In this document: positions 21,010-29,728 of the stretch, piece after piece
Layout: every line of letters begins with the position of its first letter
Numbering within the stretch: position 1 is the first letter of the stretch
DNA from: Candidatus Obscuribacterales bacterium
GTDB lineage: Bacteria; Cyanobacteriota; Vampirovibrionia; Obscuribacterales; Obscuribacteraceae
Length of the DNA stretch: 64,000 nucleotides
Direction: 5' to 3'
Assembly (NCBI GenBank): GCA_965228855.1
Contig: CBDDIJ010000003.1
Location: 2,080,001-2,144,000, forward strand
Program-made: the position numbers and the translations under genes
The notes under the pieces: generated by a model
Told to the model about the DNA's origin: nothing
The model's database searches: none
What the model saw: the letters and a program-made list of their open reading frames with translations, nothing else

Positions 21010-22521
21010 TCAAATGGAACCTAAAACCTTTTGACGCAACTGGGCGGCACGAGCAGCCCGTGCTGTGTCAGGTTTCAAACGCTCAGCCTCCAGCAACTCC
21101 ACACACGCACCGAGTAAATCTTTTTCTTTCTCGAGTTTATTCGCGAAGAGAACTCGGGCTGCCGGATCATTCGGATTGGTGCCAAGGGTCTCAACTATAG
21201 AGTTCAAATTCTGTCTACCGGCTTCCATTCCCGGATTCCAGAAGATAGCCTTGTGAAGCAGGTTTACACGCTCTTTTTCATCGGTCGTTTGCAGCGCGAG
21301 GTTATTCGCCGCGACGGCCAGGTTGCTCTTTGCCAATTCGAGATCAGGGTTAATTTTTAAAGCCTGCTCGAGTTTCGAAATAGACTCGCGATATTGCCCT
21401 GCAAAAACGGCTCTGGTTCCCGCTTTCAGAAACAACTGAGCTTTGTTCGCCGGACTCAAACGATCGAAGTCGGCAGTTTCCTCCGGTGATGAACTGCCAC
21501 TACCTCCTTTCAATGCTTCGGCAGCGGCAGCATAGACGACCTGGAATGTTCTTGCATCTCGAGGTGTGATACCGGTTTGCACAGACAGCTGCGGATACAT
21601 TATGTCCTCAGGGTAGGGACTGTGACCCATCAGACCTAGTCCGTGTCCGATTTCATGCAAGCAAATATTGTATAGAAGTTCGCAGCCGACCGGTCCATCT
21701 TTGAACGGGCTGACTGTAAGCAACTGAATCTCTGCACTCTTGATGCCCTCGCTGTCTTGAACGATTGAAGCTTTGCCAGCCTCGGCCTGCAGTTCGGGTG
21801 CGTGCATGTCATCCGTCCACGAGACAACCATCTCGGCGCCATCACGCTTGGTGACAATGTCGAATTTCACTTTCCCGTCAGTCGCGGTAGTCCATTCCCG
21901 AAATGCATGCTGCAAAACGTCGTCAAACTCCGGTCTGTAGCCGGGAACGGCGGTCGCCGGTTCTATATAAACTGTAATCGGCATTCTAGAATCCGGCCAG
22001 CGGAACAATCCCGTAGCGGTAGTCTCCTTCATGTAGTCACCACCTGCGGTACCAGCAGCATTGACAGGTCCAGGCTCATTTCGCTGCTGCCCTTGTAAAA
22101 CATTCACGAGCGTTCTGTATTTCTCCGCCTCAGGACCATCCGGTTCGAGCTGCAGATATGTGTCATACGCTCTAGCCGCCTCTTTTACTTTACGAGTCTT
22201 TGAGTACGCATGACCAAGATATAAATAAACCGCAGGGTCGTCTTGATCTGTTTCAATGATTTTTTCGAGTTTAGTCAACGCTCCCCAGTAGCGACCGGAC
22301 TCATATAGACTCTTCGCGTCCAAAAACAGCTGCTCGTTCGCGCCGGAGAGAGCGCTACCCGAGCCAGACCTTTTATGACTACCAGTTTTCGTGGACGCGA
22401 TCGTTGGCGCACCACCCACGGTAGTGCTACCACTTGCGGTGTTCATACCGGGAAATAGAAGAAGATTTGCCGCAAACATCAGTGCCAAAGCACGACTAAG
22501 GTTTAAAGCCATTGAACCCAA
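21010..22521 (-). CDS. Exported TPR-matrixin (M10-like zinc metalloprotease)-TPR protein
   Basis: Signal peptide, TPRs, zincin motif HEIGHGLGLMGH and Met-turn DIMYP. Confidence 0.9.
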   Translation of the reverse strand: MGSMALNLSRALALMFAANLLLFPGMNTASGSTTVGGAPTIASTKTGSHKRSGSGSALSGANEQLFLDAKSLYESGRYWGALTKLEKIIETDQDDPAVYLYLGHAYSKTRKVKEAARAYDTYLQLEPDGPEAEKYRTLVNVLQGQQRNEPGPVNAAGTAGGDYMKETTATGLFRWPDSRMPITVYIEPATAVPGYRPEFDDVLQHAFREWTTATDGKVKFDIVTKRDGAEMVVSWTDDMHAPELQAEAGKASIVQDSEGIKSAEIQLLTVSPFKDGPVGCELLYNICLHEIGHGLGLMGHSPYPEDIMYPQLSVQTGITPRDARTFQVVYAAAAEALKGGSGSSSPEETADFDRLSPANKAQLFLKAGTRAVFAGQYRESISKLEQALKINPDLELAKSNLAVAANNLALQTTDEKERVNLLHKAIFWNPGMEAGRQNLNSIVETLGTNPNDPAARVLFANKLEKEKDLLGACVELLEAERLKPDTARAARAAQLRQKVLGSI

Positions 22522-22574
22522 CGTAAATCTCCAGAGAAGAACAAAACAAAGGGACTCCTTGAGAAATTATCCCA

Positions 22575-22608
22575 AAAGACAAGTCGGCTTGCAGGAATCA
22601 AGCCGACT
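22575..22608 (-). terminator. Probable intrinsic terminator
   Basis: Perfect 10-bp stem AGTCGGCTTG/CAAGCCGACT (22582-22608) followed on the minus strand by TGTCTTTT, downstream of the 22660-22884 gene. Confidence 0.65.
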
Positions 22609-22659
22609 CTGAATTTTCCGTTACTGACGCGGAAATACAGTGCTGAGAGTAGCAATGTC

Positions 22660-22884
22660 TTACTCTTTTAATTCAGCCCTGAGAAGAACACCTGAAAGCA
22701 ACTCGAAGCCCTGATCGTCGAATAAGTTGTTCTTCAGCGCATTTTCGAGACATTGTCTCTCTTCTTGAGAAACGATGCCGTCAGCCATGATAATTTCTCT
22801 AAGAACTTTCGCTTCGTACTTGGAGATTTTCCCGTCATCGGACAGACACTCTTTGATTGCGTCTTCCAAAGTTCTACTTGACAC
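22660..22884 (-). CDS. Small acidic protein with two DGxISxxE loops (EF-hand/TerB-like)
   Basis: GTG start with AGGAGG SD; DDGKISKYE and ADGIVSQEE. Confidence 0.75.
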   Translation of the reverse strand: MSSRTLEDAIKECLSDDGKISKYEAKVLREIIMADGIVSQEERQCLENALKNNLFDDQGFELLSGVLLRAELKE

Positions 22885-22950
22885 TGGTTTTCCTCCTGTC
22901 GCGTCACATGTCTGCGTATAGTTTAAACTTGTGACTAAACCCCTTACCCA

Positions 22951-23298
22951 TTGTCTCCATCTATTGAATACCCAGAAATGGAAATATCAGCAACGCAGTT
23001 AAAGGAACGTCTCGATCGCGGCGAAGATCTCGTCCTCCTTGACATTCGAAAACCATATGAACTGTCAATCGCCAGTCTGGAAAATGTGATGCATATTCCA
23101 GAGGAAGAAATCGCCGATCGCCTCGATGAATTGAGGAATCTCGGCGACAAAGATGTGGTCGTTTATTGCCGAACTGGGCGCCGCAGCACCGAATTGGTCG
23201 CTTTCCTGAAACAGCAAGGTCTTAAAAGAATTTTCAATCTGACTGGCGGTCTGCACGCCTGGTCTGATGATGTCGATCCCGAAGTGATGAAGTATTAG
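22951..23298 (+). CDS. Rhodanese-like sulfurtransferase
   Basis: LLDIRKPYE, VVYCRTGRRS, NLTGGLHAW. Confidence 0.93.
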   Translation: MSPSIEYPEMEISATQLKERLDRGEDLVLLDIRKPYELSIASLENVMHIPEEEIADRLDELRNLGDKDVVVYCRTGRRSTELVAFLKQQGLKRIFNLTGGLHAWSDDVDPEVMKY

Positions 23299-23874
23299 CT
23301 AGGGCACAGACACGATGCCCATTTTGTCGATCTCAACAGTGGAGTTTCGGTTGAAGCTGGAGACGATAAATGACGACGGACGCTGCGGCTGTCCGTTCTC
23401 GTTAAACGTCACAGAGCCAGTAACAGAGACATTCTCAGGAAGCACGATTTCTTCGATCGAACCAGCCGGAGTGTTTATAGAGTAGAAGTATCGATGGTAT
23501 TTGCCGGGCGTGGGACTTCCGATAACTTCGACGTTGGCCTTCTGCTGTATCGCCATCGCTTTGACCCGACCGAGATCATTCACGAGTTCGCGACAAATGT
23601 TGCGGACCATGAGCTGAGCGTGAGTGTAAGCAAGCACTCGAAAGGCAAATAACGGAACGGCCAGGAACATTGCCAGAAATACCAGCGCCTCGACTTTTCG
23701 CATGAGAGGCCAATTCTTACTTCCGGCGGAGGATGCCCCTTCGCCTTCAATTTTTTCTTCATCCTGCGAATTCGACACTTTCGGGACCCCGACCGAAAAT
23801 AGTATATTGCACCTGCCCAGTGTCCCAATAATTGTCGGCACTGGTCCGCTCAACCTTCTTACCCGCTCAGGCAC
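23299..23874 (-). CDS. GspH/FimT-like pseudopilin-type protein (true start probably downstream of 23874)
   Basis: TM helix, then ELVNDLGRVKAMAIQQ, VTFNENG and VEIDKMG GspH-like motifs; no canonical prepilin GFxxxE. Confidence 0.55.
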   Translation of the reverse strand: MPERVRRLSGPVPTIIGTLGRCNILFSVGVPKVSNSQDEEKIEGEGASSAGSKNWPLMRKVEALVFLAMFLAVPLFAFRVLAYTHAQLMVRNICRELVNDLGRVKAMAIQQKANVEVIGSPTPGKYHRYFYSINTPAGSIEEIVLPENVSVTGSVTFNENGQPQRPSSFIVSSFNRNSTVEIDKMGIVSVP

Positions 23875-23879
23875 CCCTT

Positions 23880-24224
23880 ATGCCCATTACCGACGACTCC
23901 AAAGAAAAACTCAAAGCCAGGCTCGCGAAAGCAATTGGACACCTCAATGCGGTTTATCGCATGGTTGATGAAAAAAAATACTGCATCGACGTATTGCATC
24001 AACTAAAGGGAGTTCAGTCCGCACTTGACAAGACCGCGGAGATTATTCTTCGTCAGCATCTAGAGACCTGCGTAGTTGAGGCTGTTAAGAACCAGGACTC
24101 CGAAAGAGTTATGGATGAGCTGATTCAGGTTTTCCGTAAAGCGCCAAACCTGTATATGCTCGACGACGACGAGAAACTCCCGACCATTGACGACGCCAAG
24201 GGCAGTGGTTGCTGCCACAACTAG
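23880..24224 (+). CDS. csoR: CsoR/RcnR-family metal-sensing repressor
   Basis: RLAKAIGHL, YCIDVLHQ, HLETCV (Cys-His-Cys Cu(I) fingerprint); C-terminal GCCHN. Confidence 0.88.
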   Translation: MPITDDSKEKLKARLAKAIGHLNAVYRMVDEKKYCIDVLHQLKGVQSALDKTAEIILRQHLETCVVEAVKNQDSERVMDELIQVFRKAPNLYMLDDDEKLPTIDDAKGSGCCHN

Positions 24225-24362
24225 CGTTTGAAACGGTTTCAGGCTCGCAGCGCGTGAAAGTTCAACGCACTCAGCGGCAACAAACGGATTATTAACTGTC
24301 ACAACCTCCCGGCATCAAGTCTTAAGACGTGTCACAATCTCGAATGGAGGTTGAAACGTCTT

Positions 24363-25607
24363 ATGAAACGAGTTCTAATCCTTTCCGCTTCAGCCGGTGC
24401 CGGTCATGTGCGCGCTGCTCAAGCAATTGAAAAGGCATTGTCGAAGCATGAAGACATAGATGTGCGTCACGAGGACGCTCTTAAGTACACAAACGCAGCC
24501 TTCCGCCGCCTGTACTCGCAAGCCTATATCAACATGGTCAATCGCGCGCCGCAGTTTCTCGGTTTGATTTACGACTGGGCGGATATTCCCTGGAAGGACG
24601 AACGCCAGCGCCTCGCTTTCGATCGGCTAAATACACTTCCGCTCGTCGCCATGCTGAATCGCCATAAGCCGGACATGGTTATAAGCACTCACTTCTTACC
24701 TGCCGAAATCATGTCGTGGTTGACCTGCCGCAAAAAATTCGAAACAAAAAACGCAGTGATAGTCACGGATTTCGACGTGCACTCGATGTGGTTATGCCAC
24801 CACTATTATCGCTACTTCGTCGCGCTGGATGAAACATGGGTACATCTCACCCGTCTCGGTTTCGCACCGGATCGTGTTGTGGTATCAGGGATTCCGGTCG
24901 ATCCGGTATTCGAAATTGCTAAGGACAAAACCGAGATGCGCAGGAAATACGGTCTCGATCCAGGTTTGCCAACGATTTATATGTCAACCGGCGGGTTCGG
25001 TGTCGGACCAACCGAAGAAATTGTGATGGCGCTGTCTCATATGCAGCACGAGGCCCAAGTACTCGCAATGTGCGGTCGCAACGAAGATTTGATACATCGC
25101 CTGAATGCACTTGGACAAAACCTTGACGGTCGGTCCAAACTGAAAATTCATCCTGTTGGGTTCACCAGCGATGTCGATGAATACATGGCGGCATCAGATA
25201 TGGTGCTCGGCAAACCCGGCGGTTTAACAACCTCAGAAGCGCTCTGCAAGGGGCTCGCATTCTGCATCGTCAATCCAATTCCCGGACAGGAAGAACGAAA
25301 TGCCGATCATTTGCTTGAAGAGGGTGCCGGCATAAGATGCAATAATTTGCCGACACTGGCATACAAAGTCGACAACCTCATCGGTGACAAAGAGCGCTTC
25401 GCCAATATGAGAGAGAACTCTCTTCGCCTTTCTCATCCGGATGCCGCCAACATCATAGTCAACACTTTGCTCAACAATCCGCTCGGCGAATCCTTGATCT
25501 CTAAAAGCAGTCATAAATGCGCAACTATAAGAGAACGCGCAGCGCGAGCGACAAGAAGAGCGACAGGCACCATTGTCTCGAAACTCAGACGGCGTCGTCG
25601 AATTTAA
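24363..25607 (+). CDS. MGDG synthase/UgtP-family (GT28) diacylglycerol glycosyltransferase
   Basis: SAGAGHVRAAQA, STHF, VTDFDVHSMW, SGIPV, GGFG, KPGGLTTSEAL, PGQEERNA. Confidence 0.9.
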   Translation: MKRVLILSASAGAGHVRAAQAIEKALSKHEDIDVRHEDALKYTNAAFRRLYSQAYINMVNRAPQFLGLIYDWADIPWKDERQRLAFDRLNTLPLVAMLNRHKPDMVISTHFLPAEIMSWLTCRKKFETKNAVIVTDFDVHSMWLCHHYYRYFVALDETWVHLTRLGFAPDRVVVSGIPVDPVFEIAKDKTEMRRKYGLDPGLPTIYMSTGGFGVGPTEEIVMALSHMQHEAQVLAMCGRNEDLIHRLNALGQNLDGRSKLKIHPVGFTSDVDEYMAASDMVLGKPGGLTTSEALCKGLAFCIVNPIPGQEERNADHLLEEGAGIRCNNLPTLAYKVDNLIGDKERFANMRENSLRLSHPDAANIIVNTLLNNPLGESLISKSSHKCATIRERAARATRRATGTIVSKLRRRRRI

Positions 25608-25665
25608 TCGGAGCTATTGGGCGGTCAACGCCGTTCGTATCGCTTTGCTGGAACCGGCATGTTCA

Positions 25666-26982
25666 CTACGCTCTATTTGAGTTGCCATTCCTGAACGAAT
25701 CGTTCGCCAACGAATGTTTCAGCTTTGCAGCAAATTTGCGATAAAAACTTGGCAGCACCAGATAGCCAACGTGCGCTTGCACAATGTCCATGCCCGTATT
25801 GTATGCCTCATCATCAACCTCATCGATGACGCCCTTCACGCTGTAACTAACGAAGTCGTTATGATCCCAGACGTTCCACCAATAGCCCAGGTGTTTTCGA
25901 TCGGGATGCGGAACAAGTTTCGAAGTATCCGCACCAAATTCGACACTACTACTTACAAAGAGTTTCAGTTCTTCAAAAAATCCGACCTGCGATGCAGAAG
26001 CACACCAGAAGTCAACTCTTATGTCCTCCAACTCAGGCATCTCAGGCAAGAAATGGGTTATGACATCGTACATGATCTGACCACCCATTGAATGGCTCAG
26101 CACCACAATCGGTTCGCCATTACGTTCCACCTGGATTTTTCTGCATTGGATCAAGCTTTCTATAACACACTTCGGAATTGCGCCTGGATTAGCGGCATTG
26201 CCGCGTTTGTGCAAATACGTGAATACGTCACCAAGAAAACGCGTTACAAATTGAGCAAGCGGTGCCTTAACTGCCATCACCGCGCGAGTAGCCGCGAAGC
26301 TCGGACTGTAAATACCGCGTGTCGCGCCCTCCTTCAAATGCATACCAACGTTGCGTGCCCAGGAGCCTTTATTGGCAAAATGATCTTTAACGCCATGTCG
26401 AACAGCTTCGAACTTTTGCTTTACTCGACTCTCTAATAGTCGAACTTCCTCATCAACAGACTCGCACTCTTCGAGTTCCTTCTTTACCTCCGGCGAGTGC
26501 GCGACCTCATCAGCGATGGAAGATAGCATCGCCCGCTCCTTTGCACTGAGCTTATCCGAGCCGTGAATGGCAGCCGTCAAAAAATTGCTGAGCTTCTCGC
26601 CGGACAAAAGTCTCAACCTTTTCAATTTTGGTTTAAACTCCAGCGCCACTTTATCCGCGTCTTCACGACGCAAAAATCTCGGGTTTTTCAGACGATTCAC
26701 TGCGCGCGTTTTCAGTTTTGCTCCAGTCTCAGCCAATCGCTCACGACCAGCCTTAACGCGTTCACTTGATCGCATCAACGCCTGAGTCAGGGGTGTCGCC
26801 GGGACTGAAGAACCGCTCCAGGAGAGCTTCGCCGCCTGATCACCCCAGAAGCAGTACTTGATGGAAACGTTATCCGGATCTGTCGCTATTTCCGGTGCGA
26901 CATATCGACGCAACAGAGTTTCGACCGCCTCCCAGCCAGCTTCGTCTCTGACCGATACTCCATGAATGTACAAAATTGGCAT
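25666..26982 (-). CDS. Alpha/beta-hydrolase fold protein
   Basis: YIHGV oxyanion motif, SHSMGG nucleophile elbow, NVWDHNDFVS, AHVGY. Confidence 0.8.
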   Translation of the reverse strand: MPILYIHGVSVRDEAGWEAVETLLRRYVAPEIATDPDNVSIKYCFWGDQAAKLSWSGSSVPATPLTQALMRSSERVKAGRERLAETGAKLKTRAVNRLKNPRFLRREDADKVALEFKPKLKRLRLLSGEKLSNFLTAAIHGSDKLSAKERAMLSSIADEVAHSPEVKKELEECESVDEEVRLLESRVKQKFEAVRHGVKDHFANKGSWARNVGMHLKEGATRGIYSPSFAATRAVMAVKAPLAQFVTRFLGDVFTYLHKRGNAANPGAIPKCVIESLIQCRKIQVERNGEPIVVLSHSMGGQIMYDVITHFLPEMPELEDIRVDFWCASASQVGFFEELKLFVSSSVEFGADTSKLVPHPDRKHLGYWWNVWDHNDFVSYSVKGVIDEVDDEAYNTGMDIVQAHVGYLVLPSFYRKFAAKLKHSLANDSFRNGNSNRA

Positions 26983-27073
26983 CTACAATCCCACCGCATC
27001 TATATGGATGTTGTTCCCCGACGAGCCAAAGGCTACGAACCGGTAGCAAACCGACAAGATTATTTCCGAATAA

Positions 27074-27098
27074 TTGACTAAATTTGGAATCTGGTCAA
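27074..27098 (+). promoter_or_regulatory. TetR operator overlapping the tetR promoter
   Basis: TTGACTAAATTTGGAATCTGGTCAA imperfect palindrome; TTGACT-N17-AAGAAT promoter geometry; matching site at 29660. Confidence 0.75.
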
Positions 27099-27119
27099 GA
27101 ATAAATTCGTGGAGGCAAG

Positions 27120-27740
27120 ATGGCTCGAACCAAATCAAATCCAAATCGCGCAGACCTTATCATGGAAGCAGCTATGGAGCTGTTTTCGAGATATGGCTAT
27201 GAGCGCACGAGCATCGAAGACATCTCGAAGCATCTCGGAATCGGCAAGGGCTCTATCTATCTTGAGTTCAGAACGAAAGAAGAGATCTTGATGCAGATTA
27301 TCGAGCGTTTCGCGATGTGCATCCAATCGATGATGGACGAGAAGGTCGAGAATTGCGAAGGCTCGCCTCTGGAAACATTGAAGACCATCATCGTTACCGG
27401 CGCCATGGCGGTGTACGACCGCGTCAGCCGCGACATACACACACCGGAAGGTTTGCTTCACACATCGATGACATTGAAGGCCCGCTTCCGCCCGTTCTAT
27501 GTGCGCAAGCGCGAGCGCATAACAAAACTTCTTCGCATGGCGGCTAAAGCAGGAGAGATTTCCGAGAGCATCGCCAATGAAGATACCGCAATCAATGTGC
27601 TGATGGCGGTAAGCAGTATTTATCCACCTTACTACAATAATTACACAGAATCGGAACAACGCATCACACGTGAGGAACTGGAGCGCCGAGCCGAACAGAT
27701 TACAACCATTGTAATGGAAGGTTTAAAAACCCAAAAGTGA
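27120..27740 (+). CDS. TetR/AcrR-family transcriptional regulator
   Basis: N-terminal HTH AAMELFSRYGYERTSIEDISKHLGIGKGSIYLEFRTKEEI. Confidence 0.95.
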   Translation: MARTKSNPNRADLIMEAAMELFSRYGYERTSIEDISKHLGIGKGSIYLEFRTKEEILMQIIERFAMCIQSMMDEKVENCEGSPLETLKTIIVTGAMAVYDRVSRDIHTPEGLLHTSMTLKARFRPFYVRKRERITKLLRMAAKAGEISESIANEDTAINVLMAVSSIYPPYYNNYTESEQRITREELERRAEQITTIVMEGLKTQK

Positions 27741-27886
27741 TCGACTTTTGTTGAGTTGCCCATCAACAGCCGGTCTTCGATAGAAACATTAAACACGAAT
27801 ATAGAAAAGCTGCTGGCGTGACCGTGTCAACGTCCGATGGTTATCGTTGAAAACGTACACGCGCTTCTGGAATCACTCAAACAAAA

Positions 27887-29479
27887 ATGGCAACAACCTA
27901 CTATCAAGTCGAACTTCAAAAACGTGTGGACGAAGAGGGAGAGCTCGTTCGCTGGCTCTTCCTCGTCGGCGTCGCCATCGCAGCATTGATCGAAGTCATC
28001 GACACCAGTATCACCAACGTAGCACTTCCGCATATTCAGGGAAATTTGGGTGCCACCACCAGTGAAGCAGCCTGGGTGGTAACGTCATATTCAATCGCCA
28101 ACGTCATAACAATGCCTCTGGCTGTCATGTTCGGCGATATGTTCGGCAAGAAAAAATACTTCATCTTTTCGATGATTGGATTCACCATCGCATCGGTTGG
28201 CTGCGGATTGGCTAACGATCTGACAACTCTCGTCTTGGCGCGGATCGCGCAGGGGTTGTTCGGCGGCGGATTGCTCGCCAAAGCGCAGGCGTTCTTATTC
28301 GAAGGATTTCCACCGGAGAAACAAGGGCTTGTTCAGGCAGTCTTCGGCATCTGCGTCATCGTTGGTCCGGTAGTCGGTCCAACTCTTGGCGGCTGGCTAA
28401 CCGACAACTACAGCTGGCGCTGGATCTTCTTCATCAACATTCCCATTGGAATTGTGGCTGTGACATTGTGTCAAATGTTTATTCCTAAGGATAAAGAGCG
28501 CGAAGAGAATGCGCCCGACGTTCACATAGACTGGCTCGGCATAATGTCGCTCAGCGTCATGCTCGGGTCTCTTCAATACGTTCTTGAAAAAGGACAGGAC
28601 GAGGATTGGTTCGGCTCTAACGTGATCGTATGGTGCACCGTAGCAAGCATCGTTGGCGCAATCGTTTTCTTCTGGCACGAATTGCGCACGAGATATCCGG
28701 CAGTCAATCTTCGAATCGTGAGATTTCGATCAGTGGCTATCGGTCTGCTTTTCCAGGGAGTAGTCGGTTTCGTCTTATTCGGGATCAACTACGTAATTCC
28801 AAACTTTGCCCAGGTAATGCTGGGTTATACCGCATTACAAGCCGGTCTTCTGCAGATGCCCAGCTCGCTAGTTACAGGAATGATGTTTCCAGTTGTGGGA
28901 GCGATGATCGGAAAGGTTGATGCACGGCTGATGGTCGTCATCGGCATTGTTTGCTTGAGCATCTCAAATGCGTTTTTGGTTCCATTAACACTCGACTGGG
29001 GCTGGGATAACTTCCTCGTCTCCAGCCTTGTCCGCGGGTTCGGTCTGGTGCTTGTGTTCCTGCCGCTGACGATTGCAGCCGTAGGCGACTGCCCGCCGCA
29101 AGATATTCAGACCGCCGCATCGCTACTCAGCCTCGTGAGGACTCTCGGTGGTGGCGTCGGAATCGCCGTGCTCGCGACCGTGCTTACCAGGCGGGAAGAC
29201 TTCCACCGAGCAGTGCTGGTCGAGAAGATCACTCCATACGGAACTGAATCGATGAATCGCCTAGGACAGCTCACGGAGCTCTTTCACAGCAAAGGATTTG
29301 CCCTAGCCGATGCCAAAGCCAGAGCTCTAGCGGCGCTCAGCGGTCAAGTCGATGCCCAGGCAGCGACTCTCGCATTCTCGGATGTCGCCTGGTTACTGGC
29401 GGCTTTCACTGCCTTGACTATTCCGTTCTGCTTCCTTTTGACCTCGGGCAAGCGGGCGGCAAACGTGGAGATGCACTAA
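27887..29479 (+). CDS. DHA2-family MFS efflux permease (EmrB-like)
   Basis: DTSITNVALPHIQGNLG, WVVTSY, RIAQG, GPTLGGWLTDNYSWRWIFFINIPIG. Confidence 0.95.
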   Translation: MATTYYQVELQKRVDEEGELVRWLFLVGVAIAALIEVIDTSITNVALPHIQGNLGATTSEAAWVVTSYSIANVITMPLAVMFGDMFGKKKYFIFSMIGFTIASVGCGLANDLTTLVLARIAQGLFGGGLLAKAQAFLFEGFPPEKQGLVQAVFGICVIVGPVVGPTLGGWLTDNYSWRWIFFINIPIGIVAVTLCQMFIPKDKEREENAPDVHIDWLGIMSLSVMLGSLQYVLEKGQDEDWFGSNVIVWCTVASIVGAIVFFWHELRTRYPAVNLRIVRFRSVAIGLLFQGVVGFVLFGINYVIPNFAQVMLGYTALQAGLLQMPSSLVTGMMFPVVGAMIGKVDARLMVVIGIVCLSISNAFLVPLTLDWGWDNFLVSSLVRGFGLVLVFLPLTIAAVGDCPPQDIQTAASLLSLVRTLGGGVGIAVLATVLTRREDFHRAVLVEKITPYGTESMNRLGQLTELFHSKGFALADAKARALAALSGQVDAQAATLAFSDVAWLLAAFTALTIPFCFLLTSGKRAANVEMH

Positions 29480-29499
29480 CTATGGGAGATAAACATTTG

Positions 29500-29533
29500 C
29501 AACCATCGATACAACCATCGATACAACCATCGA
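29500..29533. repeat. Short tandem repeat (CAACCATCGATA) x ~2.8
   Basis: caaccatcgata caaccatcgata caaccatcga in the emrB-emrA spacer. Confidence 0.85.
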
Positions 29534-29659
29534 CGCTCGATCAGAACCACCGAGCAATGCCCGGAAAGCTTGTGAATACGGCGGTCACAACCAAGCATTG
29601 CCGGTTGAATCATCGGCTAGATCAGCCTTAGAACAAGGATTAGACTTAATTACTAATTC

Positions 29660-29684
29660 TTGACCAGATTTCTAAAACGGTCAA
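29660..29684 (+). promoter_or_regulatory. Second TetR operator / emrA promoter
   Basis: TTGACCAGATTTCTAAAACGGTCAA, 25 bp; shares TTGACCAGATT with the reverse complement of 27074-27098; TTGACC-N17-AATAAT. Confidence 0.75.
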
Positions 29685-29728
29685 TAATTATCTTAGCGCC
29701 AAAAGGACTCGTGGAGACTAGCGACAAC

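Noticed and set aside
23832..23879. Longer ORF-track starts for csoR, emrA (29660), asnB (51698), arnT (53795) and sixA (56305)
   Set aside because: Family N-termini and SD positions favour the downstream starts; AsnB needs Cys at position 2.
23880..24224. CsoR as part of a copper-resistance operon
   Set aside because: No copA/copZ nearby and no clear TAC-G/C-tract-GTA operator seen; its target is not identifiable here.
29482..29631. 49-codon ORF containing the QPSI repeat between emrB and emrA
   Set aside because: No recognisable features; more simply a short intergenic slippage repeat, and too short for a CRISPR array.
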